Positions 63,953 to 64,000 of a stretch of DNA of 64,000 nucleotides are shown here, piece by piece (within the stretch, counting starts at the first letter, position 1; every line of letters begins with the position of its first letter). This DNA is from the human T2T-CHM13v2.0 reference genome, Homo sapiens. The stretch is from assembly GCF_009914755.1 (NCBI RefSeq), contig NC_060931.1; one strand, written 5' to 3'. Under the pieces are notes generated by a model. That model ran no database searches and was not told the DNA's origin. It saw only the letters and a program-made list of their open reading frames with translations. A program made the translations under genes and the position numbers.

Positions 63953-64000
63953 ACTATCGCAAGAACAAAAAACCAAACACCGCATATTCTCACTCATAGG

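Overview
Human (hominid) non-coding DNA, most likely intronic, dominated by transposable elements. Human origin is supported by an AluYa5 carrying all five diagnostic bases and an L1HS with Ta-1 diagnostic bases. I found no host protein-coding exon and cannot name a host gene from the sequence. The main feature is a near-full-length L1HS (Ta-1, non-deleted type) on + from about 58200 to the window end. It has an intact 5'UTR promoter, ORF0 and ORF1, but its ORF2 carries a 2-bp deletion that replaces the last 22 residues with 'SQ*' (1255 aa instead of 1275). Other content: about 25 Alu copies or fragments (FAM to AluYa5), a full-length fossil Tigger1, a MER75 piggyBac fragment, an ERV1 internal fragment, a nested old L1 / MER58 / MaLR LTR stack, an internally deleted ancient L1, MIR/L2 relics, and many small duplication scars. 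Two or three non-coding exon candidates lie on +, the best being 44750-44918 beside a motif-rich unique region. I see no evidence of a new multi-gene system. Repeat family calls come from recalled consensus sequences, so boundaries of old elements are approximate.
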